This document shows, piece after piece, positions 51,070 to 64,000 of a stretch of DNA of 64,000 nucleotides. The position numbers and the translations under genes were made by a program. Every line of letters starts with the position of its first letter. Position 1 is the stretch's first letter. The notes under the pieces are model-generated. The model made no database searches. It saw only the letters and a list, made by a program, of their open reading frames with translations, and was not told where the DNA came from. The stretch comes from Octopus sinensis (taxonomy: Eukaryota). The stretch spans positions 57,660,001 through 57,724,000 of the forward strand of contig NC_043013.1 of assembly GCF_006345805.1 (NCBI RefSeq), read 5' to 3'.

Positions 51070-51235
51070 ATAGATTAAATTTACAGAAAAACAAAAGACG
51101 AAGACAGGTGTGTGAACAAGCAGGTGTATTAGTTTCATGCTCAGTAAAGTGAGAGTCCTTTACGTTTCGAGCCAACGCTCTTCAACAGAAAATAATGAAA
51201 ATAAACAGAACGAGAAAAAAAAACAGTATATATTA
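51070..51235 (-). mobile_element. Penelope pLTR-type short repeat with minimal hammerhead-like motif (51157-51192)
   Basis: Minus strand: UUUU-CUGUUGA-A-GAGC-guug-GCUC-GAAA-CGUA^-AAGG, followed by aatacacctgcttgt...ctgtcttcgtctttt as at 46880-46925. Confidence 0.6.
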
Positions 51236-51278
51236 TATATATTAAAATGATTTGTTCGACCTGCGAGTTTATAGTATA

Positions 51279-51662
51279 CTAGCAGTATCGCCCGGCGTTG
51301 CTCGGGTTTGTAAGGGAAATAACTATAAAGCATTTTTAGAGAGTTATAGCCAAAAAATAGCAAAAAAATGGAAAAAAAATGATGGTAAATTTTTTTTGAG
51401 AGTTAAAAAAGGTGGAGTTGCGTCCCCTAGACGGTCTGTGGTTTGGGTTTCTGATTCTCGACCCCATGTCGAATTTATCGATTTTTTTCAGAACTGGGGG
51501 AACTTTTCAAAATTTTCGCTGCGTTAGTTTTGAATTATGACATTGGGCTATGTGTGTGTCAAGTTTCATCAGAATCGGTTGAAAGCCGTGGTCAGAGTGA
51601 GGGTACGAGAAAACAGACACACAGAAAACGCACAGACAAACTGCCGTTTATATACAGAGAGA
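51279..51662 (-). mobile_element. Non-autonomous Helitron-like element
   Basis: Minus strand begins A|TC and ends CTAG|T, with the GC hairpin cccgagcaacgccggg about 8 nt before the 3' end. Confidence 0.65.
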
Positions 51663-52110
51663 TTACAAGAAGCAAATACATTAAAACATGGCTATTGAAC
51701 GGTGAGAAGCTACGTAGCCTGGTGAAATGTTAGCTACATAGTTTGCACAAAGTAGAACAAGTGCTCTTTCCTTAATCTGACATAGAAAAATATCGTTACT
51801 ACTACAACTACAACTGCTGCTACTACTGCTGCTACTACTACTGCTGCTGCTGCTACTACTACTACTACTTCGTATTGTCTGTATCCAAGTTTTCGTTTAT
51901 TTCTGACAATAATTATTTTGCAATTCTGCAATGAGAGAAAACAAGAACTAAATCAAGTAAAATATTTTTGGCAAAGGTTACAAATAATTTCTGCCAGAAC
52001 AAAAACAAGACTACTGGAGATGTGACGCTCACATAATAATAATATAATTATGCATTGGCCTGTTATTTTGAACATAATCTCTAATTCTTTTAATATACTA
52101 TTAATTCCTA

Positions 52111-52193
<83 letters not shown>

Positions 52194-52196
52194 GCA

Positions 52197-53366
52197 CAGG
52201 GTGTCCCATAATTAGGGCAACCGAAGATTCGATCTTTAATAATTGTCAATCAGTGTGATAAGATATGAAAATTATCCATCATTATGAAAGCTTAATGTGT
52301 CTTCTTTTCCTTTCAGACTAAAATTCAGATTTATTAATTAGATAATGGCTATGGACCGAAATACAACCATAACCCTCCTTAAAGGAGTCGAAAGTAACAA
52401 AGCTATACCAAAAAGCTTAAAATTAACCGCACTACTGTCTGGAAAAGTGTCAAGAAATTTCAAGAGACAATTACCACCGCTGATCATCCTGAACGTAACC
52501 GAAGAAGTGTGTGGACCCTTAGCTTATCAATCAAACGTAATAGAGAAACGATAGGGCGAAAGCCTCGTTGTTCCAACAGAAAACTGGCTGCCACAGCAAA
52601 ATTAAGCCAAATATCAAACGGATCCGCCGCCAGGAGCTCACGCAAGTTTATAAGGCCATGAGATTGGAGAATATTCGTCTTATCCTGCGGCAGGTTGCTG
52701 AAGGCTTGGTGTCCAAGCACTGATGAAAAGAAATTTGTCATCGAATAGATAGTAAACCACCAGAATGATCGATTTTGGAGTGTATCATACTCCGTCGAGG
52801 CTAGACTAGTAAATCGACGTCAAACCCCACATCCAGTTATGGTTTGGGCAGTTGTGACAGCCATTGGAAGGTCTCCCCTCATTTTTGTGTCCTCGGGCGT
52901 TAACATTAATAACCACTGATACATTGCCAACATTCTAGAAGCTGAACTACTTCCATCTGCAAATGAACACTTTCAAGGCGCTCCTTGAATTGTCCAGCAT
53001 AATTCGGCACCATCCCATAACTTTAGACAGACATAACACTGGTTTCAGAAAAATATTCTGTCGTTCACAGGTAAGGGTGTATGGCCCACAAGAAACCGCG
53101 AACTCAGTCCGTTGGATTTCACTGAAAGCAAAACTGCGCCAGAAATGGGCTTGGATTCCGCAAGAACATCTGCGCGCCACGTATGAAACATACGCACTTA
53201 GATTTATAGCTGTGATTAGAAACATAGGTGACCATATCGAATAAATGTGGTTGTGTCATAATTTTATTTCCTTTCCCATTGTATTGTAGCCCTCGGACCC
53301 GAAATATAACAATATTTTCTTTGGAAAAATTGAAAAAAAGTTGGCTGCCTTAACTTCAAAACATGT
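52197..53366 (+). mobile_element. Tc1/mariner superfamily transposon, maT/DD37D-like, decayed
   Basis: Left end cagggtgtccc. Broken frames read TDEKKF, NHQNDRFW, PVMVWAVVT..GRSPLIFV, LLPSANEHF, QHNSAPSH, WP...LSPLDF. The right TIR is degenerate. Confidence 0.8.
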
Positions 53367-53592
53367 GTGTGTGTGTTTATACATTATGGGTGTTATATAT
53401 TAGGATAGTTACAGACGCTGTATATATTTACATAATCCTTCAATGGGAGAAAGATATATTGAATTCCCATCGGGATATTTCCGTAGCCAAAATATCAATT
53501 CCGTTTTGCCACCTGATCTTATATAGGCATAACAACACACACACACACACACACACACACCACACACATACACACACACACACACACACACA

Positions 53593-53624
<32 letters not shown>

Positions 53625-54208
53625 ACACACACACACACACACTTATATAAGAAACATTCATTCATATATATACGATTAAATACATGCACCAAAATATGTA
53701 GAGGATTAATTACGTATATATAAATTAGATTGATTCCTAATCCTATTTCTGGCCAACAAAATTTAAATTATCGCACAACTTCCAGAGGCTAAGGTCCCAT
53801 TCCGTACATAGCAACCATTTGCATTGAAACTAATTGCTTATTTAGTTAGCATGATACGCTAGATTATAGCAGGTGATAGAGGAAAGGGCTGGTTTTTAAA
53901 ACCTGGGTCTCAATCGTATTTTCTATGGTATATCATAAATATAGCGAGATACCAATTATAAAAGCGTGATAACACCAGTAAAAATGAAATAGATAAAGCA
54001 ACATCCTGCGGTGAATTATTAATAATTATTATTAATTTTGAATTATTTTTGTGATTTTTACGTGCACGCGTAAGAAAAAGCGAGGGAGAGATCGAGAGAA
54101 AGGAAGAGTAAGAGAGTGGAAAGGTGAAAGAGAAAGAGAGAAACAAAGAGGGAGAACGTAGCAATAAGAAACAGATTTGAAGCAACATAAATTAACAACC
54201 ACACACTT

Positions 54209-54237
54209 ACCCGCGCGTAGAGCGGGTCATTTTTAGT
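54209..54237 (+). mobile_element. Helitron-like 3' terminus (hairpin plus TTAG|T); 5' end not located
   Basis: acccgc-gcgtaga-gcgggt followed by catttttagt. Confidence 0.35.
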
Positions 54238-54374
54238 CTATAAATGAATTGAAATTTAGTTTTCAAACTACACAATGAAGTTAGTTCGACATACTGTAGA
54301 ATTAGTTCTCAAATTCGAATAATATGCCGTAACCTGGGAATATGTGACAGCTAAATGCTGAATGTTAATAATCC

Positions 54375-55446
54375 ATCCGGATATTGTACGATGGGTTGGT
54401 GCCTTCCTCTCAGATCGCTCCTTCCAAGTCCAAGTTAATGTTTCGCTGTCCGACGTCTCCAGTGCGAGCAGTGGCGTGCCTCAAGGTTCAGTGCTTGGGC
54501 CCTTATTGTTCTTAGTCTTCATAAATGACTTGTCCGACGACCTCACGCAACACACCCTTCTATTTGCCGACGATGTCAAACTGGTCGCTCCTCGCGGTGA
54601 TATAGAGGATCTTCATCGATGCCTCCACCAACTTTGGAGATGGTCTAACGAATGGGACCTGTGTCTGAACGTGTCAAAGTGTTGTCATCTGTCTGTTGGC
54701 TCTCCTCCTGCAACCCAACTTGATTTCGAGCCGGGTCATCTGTTGCTGGAGAGGACCGCCCAGCTAAAGGACATGGGTATCTTGGTGGATTCCTCCTTTT
54801 CGCCTTCGGCCCAGTGCGTCCATGCTGCCAACAAAGCACGCGGAGTTCTGTTCTTGATTCGACGGTCATTCGGAATGCTCACAGCAGCCATATTCCTACC
54901 GCTCTATGTCACGCTGGTGAGACCCATATTGGAGTACGGGATTCAAGTCTCTTCTCCTTATATCCTCAAAGACATACAGCATCTCGAAAGAGTCCAGAAG
55001 TTGGCTACCCGCATGGTTCTTGGTCTCAAGAATTTGTCTTAAGAAGAAAGGCTGAAGACTCTCGACCTTTATTCTCTAGAAAAACGACGACGCCGTGGTG
55101 ATCTCATTCTTGCTCACAACATCATAAGCGGAAAGTGTAACCTCTCGAAAGAGCTGTTCTTCACTCCTGCTCCACAGCGTCGGCTGCGGGGTCACTCCGA
55201 AAAGCTCTATCTGCGACGATTTCATCTCAATCGAAGGAGAGGAGCTTTCTCCGTTCGGGTTGCGGATCCGTGGAATAAGCTGCCGGACGAGATGGTGAAG
55301 ATGCCGACGACCGCTCGGTTCAAAGTCTCCCTTGACCACAAGTGGCCTGAACTCTTTACATGAACACCACCCAGTACATAACTCCGTGTTCCCCTACATG
55401 GCCTTGCTCTTTGCTTTTTGAGCCAAAAATTAACTAAGTAACTAAC
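54375..55446 (+). mobile_element. CR1-group LINE, third family, 3' RT fragment
   Basis: SGVPQGSVLGPLLFLVFIND, LFADDVKL, LERVQKLATRMV, stop, then EERLKTLDLYSLEKRRRRGDL...FSVRVADPWNKLP; tail (CTAA)-like at 55432-55446. Confidence 0.92.
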
Positions 55447-55689
55447 AAAATTCGGTCTCCATGATATAGTTCCTTTAAATACGAAAGAATTTCATTTCTA
55501 GTGGAAAATTAAACTTTTGCCAATACAGCTATGTAGCGGGTTCAGTCAAAGTTTTTCGTATTTCAAGCTTTAATTTATATTTCAAACATATCACATACGA
55601 AAAGCGTGTATGCAGAAAAATAGGGTAATGGGTAAAGAGCGCGCACGGTCATTAATAACGCTGGGGTTGCATTTAGAAAGTTCCTCACT

Positions 55690-55920
55690 TGGGCACAAGT
55701 CCGAGCACGATTGTTTATAGAAGACCAGCATACCAGTCTCCTCGCTCCACGTCACCAATGTTGTCCAAAGGAAAGGCAAAGGCCAATAAAGCGTGGAAAC
55801 TCCTTTCTACAGTTGAGTGAACTGGAGTAACGTGAAATATATTGTCTTGCTTAAGAACACAACTCACAGCCCGGTCCGAGAATTGAACTCACTATCATGA
55901 TTGCGATAACCACTAAGCCA
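55690..55920 (-). mobile_element. tRNA-derived SINE, family D
   Basis: Minus strand: tggcttagtgg (A box), gagttcaattc (B box), then gtgttcttaagcaagac central block. Confidence 0.7.
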
Positions 55921-55929
55921 AGACCCTTA

Positions 55930-56840
55930 TATTCTATTATCTGTAGCCATCATTCTGCCGAAAGCTTGATTTTAGGCTTGTAGCGTTTGGTTGATTTTGA
56001 GGCAAAAAACTCGCTGCACCTGTTTTCAACCTCATTCACTTTGTTGAACCACCTTCCACACAGGATTTGAACTAAGACTTGAAAAATATGGTAAACTGAT
56101 GGTGCAAATTTTGGATTGTAGGTAGGCTGAAGCAGTGCTTCCAGCACCATAAGACACTTACGTACTTCAAGTTTGTGTTTGGTCTTATAGCTAGTGTGTG
56201 ACAAGACATTGCTTTGCTGCAAGAGTTCCTGTCTTTGGTCAATGTTGGGTAGCAGACTTCCTAAATATCATATATTTGCTAGGGTTGTTGAGCCTAAATA
56301 TTACGATTCACGGCATCTGAGACATCCACTGGAAATTCCACAAAATAAACAACATGGCATTCTGTTCAAAACACTGTTGTTTCTCTTCCCCACATATATA
56401 ATTCAACGCCCAAAATGGGAATCTCGAGAATTTTTCGGCAATTGTTTATAAATATTCAAACGATGCTGAGTATGTTTGTTGGTCATTTTACGAGAAGCTT
56501 CTCAAGTCTGTTCACAAGGCCCAGCATGTAGAGATTTTGATTGATGGTGCCCTACGTCGGACCAAGTTCTGACAAATTCCGAGTGTTTGTGCTTGGTTGT
56601 TTAACCATTCCAAGCAAAGCCTCACCTTCTACAATAAGTATTTACTGACCCTAGGTTGTTTTCGAAGCTAGTGTCACCTTCTATGAAACATTTGAATCAA
56701 TTTTGTGCCACAACTTCGTCGACAGTTCCTGGGATTCCCACGTCCTTAATTTTTGTTGCCACTGCACTTGCATTCTGCCCATTGTTCCACAGGTAGCATA
56801 AAAATGACTGCGATTGAATTTTTCCCCATTCATCTAAGTT
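55930..56840 (-). pseudogene. Mariner-type transposase remnant
   Basis: SNVLSHTSYKTK...LLQPTYNPKFAPSVYHIFQVL...GRWFNKVNEVENRCSEFFASK resembles mariner DNARPH...HPPYSPDLAPSDYHLF...F...EVE...FF. Upstream frames are broken and no TIRs were identified. Confidence 0.75.
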
Positions 56841-58929
56841 GTAAATTTGTAAATTTTCAGTGTGTAAAATCCCTATTATATAATTTTGTACAGCACAAAG
56901 CTCTTAAAGAGTCTATAAGTCAAAATATTTGAGCATAAGATGATGAGAGCATTATATTATTGTTTATTCGGTAGAATATTTCAAGTTCTCCAAAAGTCAA
57001 ATCGAATCAGTATTTCTTACGTGTAAGGACACAAAGAAAAAATATCTTTTGCTATCAAATAATAAAAAGAATTTTGCTGGGTTGACTCAGGTATTCCTTT
57101 TGAGGTCAATGAGTTTAATTAAAATAATAGCGTTAATAAATAATTAAAGAGATACAAATATCTATACCATATCCTTACATTGGTCTAATAAAATACATTG
57201 TTGTGATATAATTACCGGGGATAATTAAAGGAACATAGGTAATATCATATTAAGGTGGATACAGTATTTGGAAGTTAAACTCAGGATAACATTTAATCAG
57301 AAGTCATATCGTTTGAGAAGTTATGTCCATGCTAAGTTTAATTAAATGTAGACTATTGGTTTCAAATTTTGACGCAAACTATTTCGGGGGTGGGAGCGCG
57401 TCAAGTACATCGATTTTCTGTTTTATGACATTTTGGATAAGTCTCTAAGGATGACAGTAAAAATTTGTTTGAATGAAATTACCAGAATGTCTGTTCAGAT
57501 AACAGAACTTTCTCGGGACTTCAATACAATGCTGTCCTATGTTCTGGATATTGACATTTTAATTCAAATGTTCATCAATTGGCTGTAGATGGGAATGTTT
57601 CATTTAGATTAAAATGCTTAGATATCGGAAAAATTAGTGAAAATCTTGTTGATAGTTAATATTTTGGAAACATACTCAGGCACTAAATATCAGGCTTATT
57701 AGTTTCTCTAATAAGCACATCATTAGTTTTATATAGTTTAACATTAGATATTAGCGTGCATCAATAAATATGTAATTATTAACTAAAACGTCCGAGTTTA
57801 CTAAATCTATCATTAATATTGACCTTGCACGTCGGTATATGAGGAATCGGCTTTAAAAATTCTTGCATATTTACATGCGTTTGAATCGGCTGAAGTGACC
57901 GATGTAATTGGCCTCTATCCGATTGAATAAGTTACATGAAAAAGATTGGAAATGAATAATGACGTTATCGTAAAGAATAAGAAACGTTTTATGGAAAGTA
58001 AATGTGGAGTGGGGTATGAGTGGATAAGCTAAAGCTATGCAGAGGCAAAGACTGTGATGTGATTTTGATCGTAAGATATTGCGAGTATGAGCGTTGGTGG
58101 AAGGAAATCGATGCAACATTTGTGGCATCTTAGTAACAGCTTCTGAAATGTGTCGGTTAGGGAGAGAAACACAGTCCCTTGACTGTGATAGAGTGTGGTG
58201 GGGGACTAAGAAGATGCTGACCAGAAGGTCGTTTGAAGAAGAGAAGCGGATGTTTTGGAAGACGGGAGGAATAGCGGAATCTGAGAGCAGTAGAATGCAG
58301 AAGGTAAAATATGGGAGGGAATGGAAAATGGTTAAACGATGAATTCCCGGATGATGTCTGCTTGAGTTCCATCAATATCTAGCCATCAGCTTTTCTGAGC
58401 TGTGTCATTTCATTTCATATAAACTGATAATGTCAAATATTGATCTGTATGTCCACCCCACTTCAAACTGAAATGTCCCGATGTGATTTAAGGATACAGA
58501 GGCCAATATTCTTAAGCATTTTGAGTTAGATGTATTAATAACTAATTTTATCTTCCAGCCTTCGATATTTCAATGGTTACATTTCTGTATATTGGAGTTA
58601 AGAAGATAAGAGATGTTCAAAGAAATACAGACGTGCATACGTGCTTAGATAGATATGTAAAAGCACACATTCATATATATATGTGTAGGTATGTTTGTAC
58701 GTATACATGCGTGTGTGCACGCGCGCAATGGAATAAGCAATTTTCGTGTAGTTCCACACTCGGTTAGGAAATCGCTGGTATTTAATATTACAATATTTTT
58801 TTGTTTCTTTCCCAACCGATAAGCACAAACTGCAAATATTGACTCATTCTTTATGTAGTACTTCCGCGTATGAGCAATATGTTTCAAGTTTCTTTTTTTC
58901 TGATATTTATCCTTCATATTATTGGAGTG

Positions 58930-59195
58930 AAATCTTATATTTTTTATCTCGATAACTTCCCTTGGTAATCCATTCCACTTCGTATGAAACCCGTTTGAGA
59001 AGATTCCTCATCGATTGTAGCTTCTCTGCATCACTTTAATCTTTTTCAAAAGCCTTTCATTGATTACAGATATAATTCTCAAGATATTATCTCTGTCAAC
59101 GTTCACTTCACTTACTATCATCTTATAGACGTTTGTAAAATTTCTTTTTCTCAATCTGACGATCATTGATGCTAAATCATAAATACGTTCTATAA
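58930..59195 (-). mobile_element. Ancient CR1-like LINE 3' remnant
   Basis: Minus-strand peptides ER...RLRKRNFTNVYKM...VD and FSNGFHTKWNGLPREVIEIK resemble the CR1 C-terminus. Confidence 0.5.
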
Positions 59196-59788
59196 CTGGC
59201 CTTATAGCAGAGCTCCTCTAATGCTGCATGTTCCCAACCAGATTCTAATTCTCGATAAAGCATGGTCTCCAAGTAATAACATTATATTTGATATAGAGTC
59301 CCATCGTACAACTGAAGCGATTTCAAGGTGTGTCATTATCGATCTCTGTAAATGCTCTTTTTATTGTTCTAACGATAATCTCAGATTTTTCACGGCAATT
59401 GCAATATGATTGGTCATTCCACCTCTTATCATTGATCCCAATTTGAGATTTCTATCCCTCACCAGGGGCACACGTGTGCTGCTTTATTTCACAAGAAAAT
59501 TTCGAACTGTCTCCACTCAAATATAACTGTATCCATGGTCGAACATTGAAATATTTGCACCAAATTAAAATTATCATTTGATATTCAGAAAATGACAAAC
59601 AAATTCGGGTTTAGATTTATTAGTGAAGTCTCTGTTACTAAGAATTAAATCTTAGTGCTTGTTGTTATCAAAGAAAAACGGTTTACTCTAGAAAAATAAT
59701 AGAGATTATGTATGTTTGTCACACTCATATATAGCTGTCATGTATTTCTGAAATCCCTGTGTAATGGCAAAATTATTTCCCTCTCCCC

Positions 59789-59819
<31 letters not shown>

Positions 59820-61909
59820 CTCCAAAACAATCAAGCACACACATACAAATGTTACACCTGTCTTTCCTTACGAACTCACAAGCACAAATACGTGAAATTT
59901 TTACACAGACATTGTGATACGCAAACGACTGTGTGATTTGGACACTTTCTGGACAACGTCATGTTTTGCTTTCGATCCAGATGCACATAGCATTAGGAAG
60001 GTGTCTCAATTAGTCACTTGCGTTAATTACACTGCGTGACCCAAGTGCCGTACGTTTTCGCAGCCATTTGCAAGTGTTTGATGCATTTCCAGATCAGTCT
60101 CTGTTCCTTCTACTTGTTCCCGAGAGCCTGTCAAATGTTCAAAGAATTCAACATAAGTTCAACCTAAACCTATGATAAAAATCGTCAAGTATTTTATTTT
60201 CCAGACTCACAACTAATTTATTCCATTTCTGGGACATATTTTGTCCACTGTCCTTTGCCTTTCAAAGATGGAGACTTTTGAATTGAAAGAAATTTAGCCG
60301 CTATTTCTAAAGGACAGCAAACCAACTGAGGCTCTCTTTTAGTTCAAAAATATGATCACAAACGAAACATATTAACGTCTTATGCAGTATTGGATGAGAA
60401 AATGGCTGATTTCTCATTAAAGACAGAGAAAACCCTTTGTACTTCAAGAGTTAAAAAGTATGAAATCACGAAGGCCATATGATTTTTCGTTCTCTGCTGA
60501 AGACTGTAAAATTTGCTTGGTTTCACACCAGATTTTAGTTCAAAGTGTAATAAAAAATCTCTGCACATTGTGAAAAAAGTATTGTTTATTTTGCTGTGAC
60601 CTTTCCTATATATATACATATATTTATTCATACATGCATATGTAGACATATTTTCTGACTTATGCATTGCATATAATTCTTATATATTTTATTTATGCTA
60701 ACACATCCTCAAATATACTCACATTGCATATATTCATAAATTCATATATATGAATATTATAGTGTGCATATGAATTTATGTATATCTAGATGAATATTGC
60801 TATACATCATTTGATTAATGCAGCCTAAGAATAATGTAATGTAGGTTTATGCATTTACCTATTCATTGCCAATCTGCATATTTTCTATAAAGAAACTCAG
60901 TTTTGAGAGCAACAAAGGCCAGCAATTTTGTAGAAGATTTATCATAATTATGTGTTGATTTCTTTACAACAAATAAGTCAATGAAAGCAACAATCAATAA
61001 AGTCTACTGTATGTTTTTAAAGGATTTTCGTTTATTGAAGCTATCAAACACTTAACAATAAATTTTGTAAGAATATAATATTCTCTTCTAAGAAACATAG
61101 ATTCGTTTGCTGCATATACCAAGTATAAAATACCATGTAATATTTTATTACGTACACAGAAATGGTGTGTGGTTAAGAACAGTACTATATCATACTTTAT
61201 TGTTGCGCACGCAAGCATGAGATGTAGTTAACAAGTTTCTTTGTCAGATTCGTTCTTTCCGTATAGATAACATGTTACTGCCTCTAGAGCATATATATTC
61301 TACCATAGCTTAGGGTATGCCAAGCTCTTCTGTTAGAGTTTCGGCGGACGGAAATTGGGGGCAACTCCACAGAACGGAGTATTCTCGTTCTTAGAGCGTG
61401 GAATTCATCTCTCAGCCGGTTTAAGCCCATCACTGTGGTCTTTAAGGGGGCCTTTACTGTCATTCAGTCTGTTGGAAGCCTTTCATACATATCTCTTTTG
61501 AAGAAATCCGTCCTTCCTTTTCCTTGCACAAGTTAGAGTAAACCTGAAAATTATCATGAAAATTCCTACTCTTTGGACTAATCCATAATACAACATATAT
61601 ATAATGGTAGGACAATTCTTGAAGACCAAATTTCAGGCAGTTTCAATTCCTTATTAAAGTCGATTAAACTCACGTATGCACATAATATTTTGGGGAAATG
61701 TTAGAATGTAGGAAGATTGCACTGCATTCTCATAGATATGAAATGTATCTGCTGCGAAAGAACATGATTCAGTGAAGCTAGGTTTCACATTAAATTTTTG
61801 TTTTATTCCAAGTTTAAAAATATCAGTGGAACCCAACTAAATGGTAAATAACAGAATAAGAACCTTGATTAGCAAATTCCACAATTTATATTTGTTCTGT
61901 TGCTAACGA

Positions 61910-62017
61910 ATCAACTTGTATGTCTGCTCTCACATAACCGACTGGATCAACTTGTATGTCTGCTCTCACATAACCGACTGGATCAACTTGTATGTCTGTT
62001 CTCACATAACCGACTGG
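61910..62017 (+). repeat. 36-bp minisatellite, 3 copies
   Basis: atcaacttgtatgtctgctctcacataaccgactgg three times (one C>T), no spacers. Confidence 0.95.
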
Positions 62018-62504
62018 ATGATCAACTCAAGTAAATAGTCTTGGAAAGCTACATTCACTGTATTTTCTTTTTAGTTGATATTCTATGAAATCTTTCAAGT
62101 GTCCTAAACAACCAAATTAAGTTAGTTCTCCATTAATCTTGCTTAGTCACTTGTAATTTAATTACTTAGATTTTTTAACATAAAAGCATTTTGGATTAAT
62201 TGATTGTGTTAACATTAAAGTCTCTAACAAAGCTAGCTGTACGTCGAGTGTAATTTCGATAGTTAACAAAACAATGTTTTTCAAAAATGAAAGCAAAATA
62301 TATACAAGACTTAAAATAAAAAACTTTAGGAGAAAAATTGAGAAATGTTGGACAAATTTTATGTAAATATACTGTATTCTAATTAATTTAGTATAGCCTT
62401 TGGGAAGCGTCTACTTTGTTAGTCGACCTGCTAGAAATAATAGCCAAATCCCTCTAATTTAAAGGTTTGAGAGCCAAATCTCACGTAACGAATAAATATA
62501 CATT

Positions 62505-62535
<31 letters not shown>

Positions 62536-64000
62536 TATGTATATAGATAGATAGATAGATGTGTGTGCGGGTATATTAGATTTTTCTATGATTTAAACCA
62601 CAATGCCTTATATAAAATGTGTAGCTGGCGGCAGGTAGTCTTGTTTGATAAATATTACCGTATTTTATTAACGATAGTAAAATGGACTTTAGTTTTATCA
62701 CATTCAGAAGAAAAGTGTAATTTAAAGATATCTAATGTGGGGCCTTATTAATATGTGAAAAGAAAAAAAATCCATCTGGATGTTTAATAGCTGTTGGATT
62801 GCTGTTGGATAATTTGGTCTCATGTAACACACCAAGAACATCTGAGTTTACTGGAGATAGTTAAACTTAAGTTATTGACAATGGTTGGAAATGCTACTTA
62901 TGACGATTAACGGAGATGACACCCTGAAACTGAACTTGTATTACAGATTCGACTTGCTTTAGATACACAGTGTGTTTACATGTTTATGACACGGTGTTTA
63001 ATGGATATCAAATTGGCGATGCACATCACGTCGCAGCGTAACATTAACTGAAGATTTTATATGATTACTGCAGTGCTATATGTGTTTCCAGATTAAACTC
63101 TAAATATATAAAATATGGACTGAGGAACAAAGGGAAAATACTAATTTCATAAGTTTAACTCTTCGTTGATAAATTCCTTACCAAATACGTTATTTTCAGA
63201 ATCACATGCACACACATACACACAGACAACAGACCGACAGACAGATAAAAGCACACACACACCACATATACATTTATTTATCACTGCTTATACAGAGAAG
63301 GATTATGTCCCTGCATATAAAGAGTATGATAAACATAAGATGGAAGAATTCTCGTTGGAAGAGATATTGAAGTTCCAAAATTAATGGCCGGTTTGGTTTC
63401 ATATTTCAAATGAATGAAATTTTAGATGTTTTCAAAAGCTGACTCTAATTGGAGAGGAATGAAATTAAAATCTCTTTAAAACCGAATTTGTAAGTCTCAC
63501 CGAAAGCCCAATAGAATCGTTGCTTCTGCTTCGTACTTAATTTTTAAATTGAAATTCGTGATGATAGTTCTTAAAACAGTTTTGTTTAGTAAATTGAAAA
63601 TATCAAATTCCAAAGAAAATGAAATAAGCTATCAAATGAAATGATCTAGTCTTCAAGACTTCCGTCTTTATAAACAGTTCACAGTTTATACACTCGTGTT
63701 TTAATCGTATGTCTGGCGATTAAAATATAATTCTTAGACATTCCCCCTCTTGTTTATTTGTTATGTCTAGTGTAATATTTGAAATGTTTTTGTGAAGCCT
63801 TTCAATATTACTCACCAGATGATATTTTAAAATACGTCTGAATATCTTCAAGATTAACCTGCTACTGACTATATGTAATTAACATATTTACAATTTACGA
63901 TTTCAATCAAATGCAAACGCCTCTGTATAATGATGTCACTTAAAGAAGCTGGTGCTACTTTGACAAAAGCCCACCTATGTTTTTTGTTCCATTAACCAAT

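Noticed and set aside
61910-62017. Possible CRISPR array (36-bp repeats)
   Set aside because: The repeats are contiguous with no spacers, there are no cas genes, and the context is eukaryotic.

Overview
AT-rich eukaryotic non-coding DNA with no host exon, rRNA, tRNA gene or CRISPR array that I can support. The SINE families and very long (TA)n/(TATG)n arrays suggest a coleoid cephalopod, probably Octopus (inference, not a database result). The window is a nest of mobile elements. Retroelements: a near-full-length decayed Tx1/L1-clade LINE (10.5-15.3 kb), a 1.9-kb ORF1-only relative with target-site duplications (3.4-5.3 kb), RTE LINEs, several CR1-group LINE copies, a Penelope-like GIY-YIG fragment and tRNA-derived SINEs. 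DNA elements: mariner and maT remnants, MITEs and a Helitron-like element. The least expected layer, invisible in the ORF track, is about ten type I hammerhead ribozyme motifs of the Penelope/retrozyme kind. They lie in a 474-bp head-to-tail tandem that could self-cleave into unit-length circularisable RNA, in three palindromes of 125-470 bp, next to a long inverted repeat whose arm starts at the predicted cleavage site, and in short dispersed repeats. All alignments, folds and identities were done by eye, so boundaries are approximate.
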